The notes under the pieces are model-generated. The model saw only the letters and a list, made by a program, of their open reading frames with translations. It was not told the origin of the DNA and did not search any database. From a virus (Duplodnaviria; Caudoviricetes): a DNA stretch of 56,087 nucleotides. Position numbers and translations under genes: made by a program. The stretch lies in the IMG/VR virus record IMGVR_UViG_3300022074_000048, positions 1-56,087 of that record; one strand, 5' to 3'. Shown piece after piece: positions 53,808 through 56,087 of the stretch (position 1 is the first letter of the stretch; every line of letters begins with the position of its first letter).

Positions 53808-54893
53808 CTATAACTCCGCATCTAATCTAACACTGTTTGACGTACATATAGCAGTATATGTATAGGCTCCAGCATCAGAGCCGGGCTGCGCTTCAATTAT
53901 TACGCTATGATTCGTCCGACTTAATGCCCCCCAAGAACAGCTAGTAGTATGTATAGAGGGCAACAAAACACTAGCAGAAGCGTTTTGAAAAGTTAAAGTT
54001 GGCTGCGACCTCATTGTTACTGGATAGTCAAGCTGACCATAGTAATAGTTAAGGTTGTTGTAACTTCTTTGCAAATGAACTGAGTTTTCACTATCATTAG
54101 TCTGATAATAATATCTCTGACATCTACGCAACTCATCGCCAAATGACCGATGCTCAAACGGCGTGGCCTGTTCGCCGACTTCCATCTGGACTCCGGTGAT
54201 GTACCATTCGTTACCAACAGTATCAGCAAGATTTACTTGATTGGGGTGTACGGCATTAGCATCAACATCGCCACCCCAAGTTCCATTAAAAAACGTACCG
54301 CTTTTAAGGTCTGCACCACCAAGAAGAGCAAAGTTTAAACGCAGAGATAAGTTATTATCATTAGTAAATGCCCCAGTGGTATCTGGATTGAAAGTAAGCG
54401 ATTTCCGTTCCCAAGTATTTGCACTGTTGATGGTGTATGACAAAGCGTTTTGTCTATCATTATCTGTGTCAAAAAGTCCTACTGTGTATACGCCTGTCTT
54501 GTTGGACTTTACATAAAAAGAAATAGTAAATGCTTTGGCATCCGATGTGCCTTTAGCAAGAGACTGTAAATCTTGTCCTTCAAAACCGTATCTGAGATGC
54601 CAAAACTGTGTGGCAGCCAGAGAGGTGTCGGCAGTTGTTACTTCAATCTTTGCGCTATTAGAAAACCCAGATGGGGCATCTGTACTTTGTGAAAATGTAG
54701 ATACTTGGTCGCCGCTTAGAGAAATTTGAAATCTATCCAATACAGTGTAACCTTCACCAGTTCCGTTTGGTCCTACGTTAGTTTTACTTGTAGCCCTCTG
54801 GGCCACCTGCATCGCACCGTTGATAATCAGGTTCCTGTTCGACAACGCCGTCTGCGAACCAATCAGGGCGGCGAGTTCTGCTGCCTTACTCAT
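53808..54893 (-). CDS. Tail fibre with carbohydrate-binding-like domain
   Basis: NRNLIINGAMQVAQR, ITGVQ.EVG..ATPFEHR...EL..CQRYY. Confidence 0.8.
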   Translation of the reverse strand: MSKAAELAALIGSQTALSNRNLIINGAMQVAQRATSKTNVGPNGTGEGYTVLDRFQISLSGDQVSTFSQSTDAPSGFSNSAKIEVTTADTSLAATQFWHLRYGFEGQDLQSLAKGTSDAKAFTISFYVKSNKTGVYTVGLFDTDNDRQNALSYTINSANTWERKSLTFNPDTTGAFTNDNNLSLRLNFALLGGADLKSGTFFNGTWGGDVDANAVHPNQVNLADTVGNEWYITGVQMEVGEQATPFEHRSFGDELRRCQRYYYQTNDSENSVHLQRSYNNLNYYYGQLDYPVTMRSQPTLTFQNASASVLLPSIHTTSCSWGALSRTNHSVIIEAQPGSDAGAYTYTAICTSNSVRLDAEL

Positions 54894-55285
54894 GCGAGGT
54901 CTCCCATGTTCTGAAGAGATACGTAGGTTGCATCTACAACCTGACCGCCGCCTGAAGTGTTATTTACATACAGCGTGTTCATCCTGTAACTACCTGTTGC
55001 AATATACGAAGAACTACCAACCCAATGCTGGTTCATGCTTGAACCTGAGATTGCGCTAATACCAGATATTGAATAATTGGTGCTTGCCATAGAACTCGTG
55101 TAGGCGGCTGTGTAATCACCTGTGCCGTTGTCTGTCATGCTGGCAACATTCAATGAGTCAGGAGCCGCTGCACCTGCATTGGTAAGCAGCCATACTTTTG
55201 CACTGCCCTGTGCAACAAAGCTGGTGGCAATGCTGTTGTTCCCGCTGGCATCCTTCAGGGTGTTTACTCTCAGTTCACTAGCCAT
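54890..55285 (-). CDS. Small tail-fibre paralogue (GDLA family)
   Basis: QGSAKVW, DSLNVASMTDNGTGDY, ends GDLA. Confidence 0.8.
   Translation of the reverse strand: MASELRVNTLKDASGNNSIATSFVAQGSAKVWLLTNAGAAAPDSLNVASMTDNGTGDYTAAYTSSMASTNYSISGISAISGSSMNQHWVGSSSYIATGSYRMNTLYVNNTSGGGQVVDATYVSLQNMGDLA
54892..54904. repeat. 13-bp junction repeat, copy 2 of 4
   Basis: ATGCGAGGTCTCC. Confidence 0.95.
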
Positions 55286-55707
55286 TATGCGAGGTCTCCC
55301 ATGAGAAGAAGGGTGGCAATGTCTTGGTCTACAAGAGTACCTGCATCGTTTGCGACGCTGAAACCCGTATCGCTAGTGCGTAGTTCGTTTCCTTGTGAGT
55401 CTAACCCAACAATACATCCCCGCGAACTTCCGCTTCTACGGGCTATACCAGCCCCTGCTTGCTGTTTTTCTGTAGAAAAATTATTTGTATAGTTAAGTTG
55501 ATAGCGTCCTGTTGCAGTATCGGTTAGTGAGGCAGCATTTAAGCTGTCTCTTATGGATGGCGGAGAGGCATCGCCATCTACATTTATCCATGATTTACAC
55601 AACCCCTGCTGCAAATTCGTTGTGGTCGAGTTGCCCTCGCCCGTCACCGCAATAGAGCCAGCCGTGGTTACGCCTGTGATTGTATCGACTTTGAGTTGGC
55701 TTGCCAT
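55285..55707 (-). CDS. Small tail-fibre paralogue (GDLA family)
   Basis: QGLCKSW, DSLNAASLTDTATGRY, ends GDLA. Confidence 0.8.
   Translation of the reverse strand: MASQLKVDTITGVTTAGSIAVTGEGNSTTTNLQQGLCKSWINVDGDASPPSIRDSLNAASLTDTATGRYQLNYTNNFSTEKQQAGAGIARRSGSSRGCIVGLDSQGNELRTSDTGFSVANDAGTLVDQDIATLLLMGDLA
55287..55299. repeat. 13-bp junction repeat, copy 3 of 4
   Basis: ATGCGAGGTCTCC. Confidence 0.95.
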
Positions 55708-56087
55708 TATGCGAGGTCTCCGTGGACTGAACTTACAACATCCGTGCTGTCTTCATTGCCGCCACCGCTGTTGTAAACAATAATTCTAAATTCATCTGTT
55801 TCTAGACCAATACCGCCACCGCCAGCGTTTCTATCTCCACCCGCACAAATAGTTGAGGTAGGAGCATAATTGGCGTTGGCCATATTATTCGTAAAATTCA
55901 TATCGTAATCACCAGCATTTACGTCTGTGGCTGAACTGTAATTAAATGAATCCTGAAATGTGGTGCCAGAACCGTCATAATTACCCCAAGCCTTCGCTAT
56001 ACCCTGTACAGTGTTCTGCGTGACATTGCCGCCATCAGACACATAGGTAGAGGTATTGCCAACCTTGACATTCGTACCGCCAGAACC
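55707..56087 (-). CDS. Partial (5'-truncated) small tail-fibre paralogue (GDLA family)
   Basis: Frame stays open to the window end (GSGGTNVKVGNTSTYVSDGG...); QGIAKAW, DSFNYSSATD..AGDY, ends GDLA. Confidence 0.8.
   Translation of the reverse strand, partial: GSGGTNVKVGNTSTYVSDGGNVTQNTVQGIAKAWGNYDGSGTTFQDSFNYSSATDVNAGDYDMNFTNNMANANYAPTSTICAGGDRNAGGGGIGLETDEFRIIVYNSGGGNEDSTDVVSSVHGDLA
55709..55721. repeat. 13-bp junction repeat, copy 4 of 4
   Basis: ATGCGAGGTCTCC. Confidence 0.95.

Noticed and set aside
54890-56087. Diversity-generating retroelement or invertase shufflon behind the tail-fibre paralogues
   Set aside because: No reverse transcriptase or recombinase gene; repeats are all direct; paralogues differ throughout rather than only at adenines

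Overview
A nearly complete, circularly permuted genome of a lytic dsDNA tailed phage (Caudoviricetes, podovirus-like gene set). It is most likely marine and infects an alphaproteobacterium; the host is inference only. Almost all genes are on the minus strand. Read on that strand, the order is: tail/ejection proteins and lysis cassette (56087-42040); a plus-strand SNF2 helicase + XRE HTH pair; HD nucleotidase, SSB, AEP primase and UvrD helicase; a DNA base-modification operon (SAM methyltransferase, aGPT-Pplase1/HMUDK-helical protein, dUMP-hydroxymethylase-like thymidylate synthase homologue, Nmad1-like protein) coupled to a family A DNA polymerase; small early genes with tRNA-Leu(UAA) and DUF932; terminase small subunit, resolvase and winged-helix paralogues; terminase large subunit, portal, GroES, scaffold, major capsid, small basic proteins, head-tail adaptors and tail fibres. 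Both window ends break inside one tandem array of paralogous small tail-fibre genes that share an exact 13-bp junction sequence. Best candidates for novelty: (1) a kinase-less, methyltransferase-coupled hmdU modification pathway; (2) the 13-bp-linked tail-fibre cassette array; (3) structured non-coding RNAs behind the tRNA and in front of the modification operon; (4) two matching iteron arrays; (5) three winged-helix paralogues. No integrase, CRISPR, rRNA or reverse transcriptase was seen. All protein calls come from motif recognition, not database searches.
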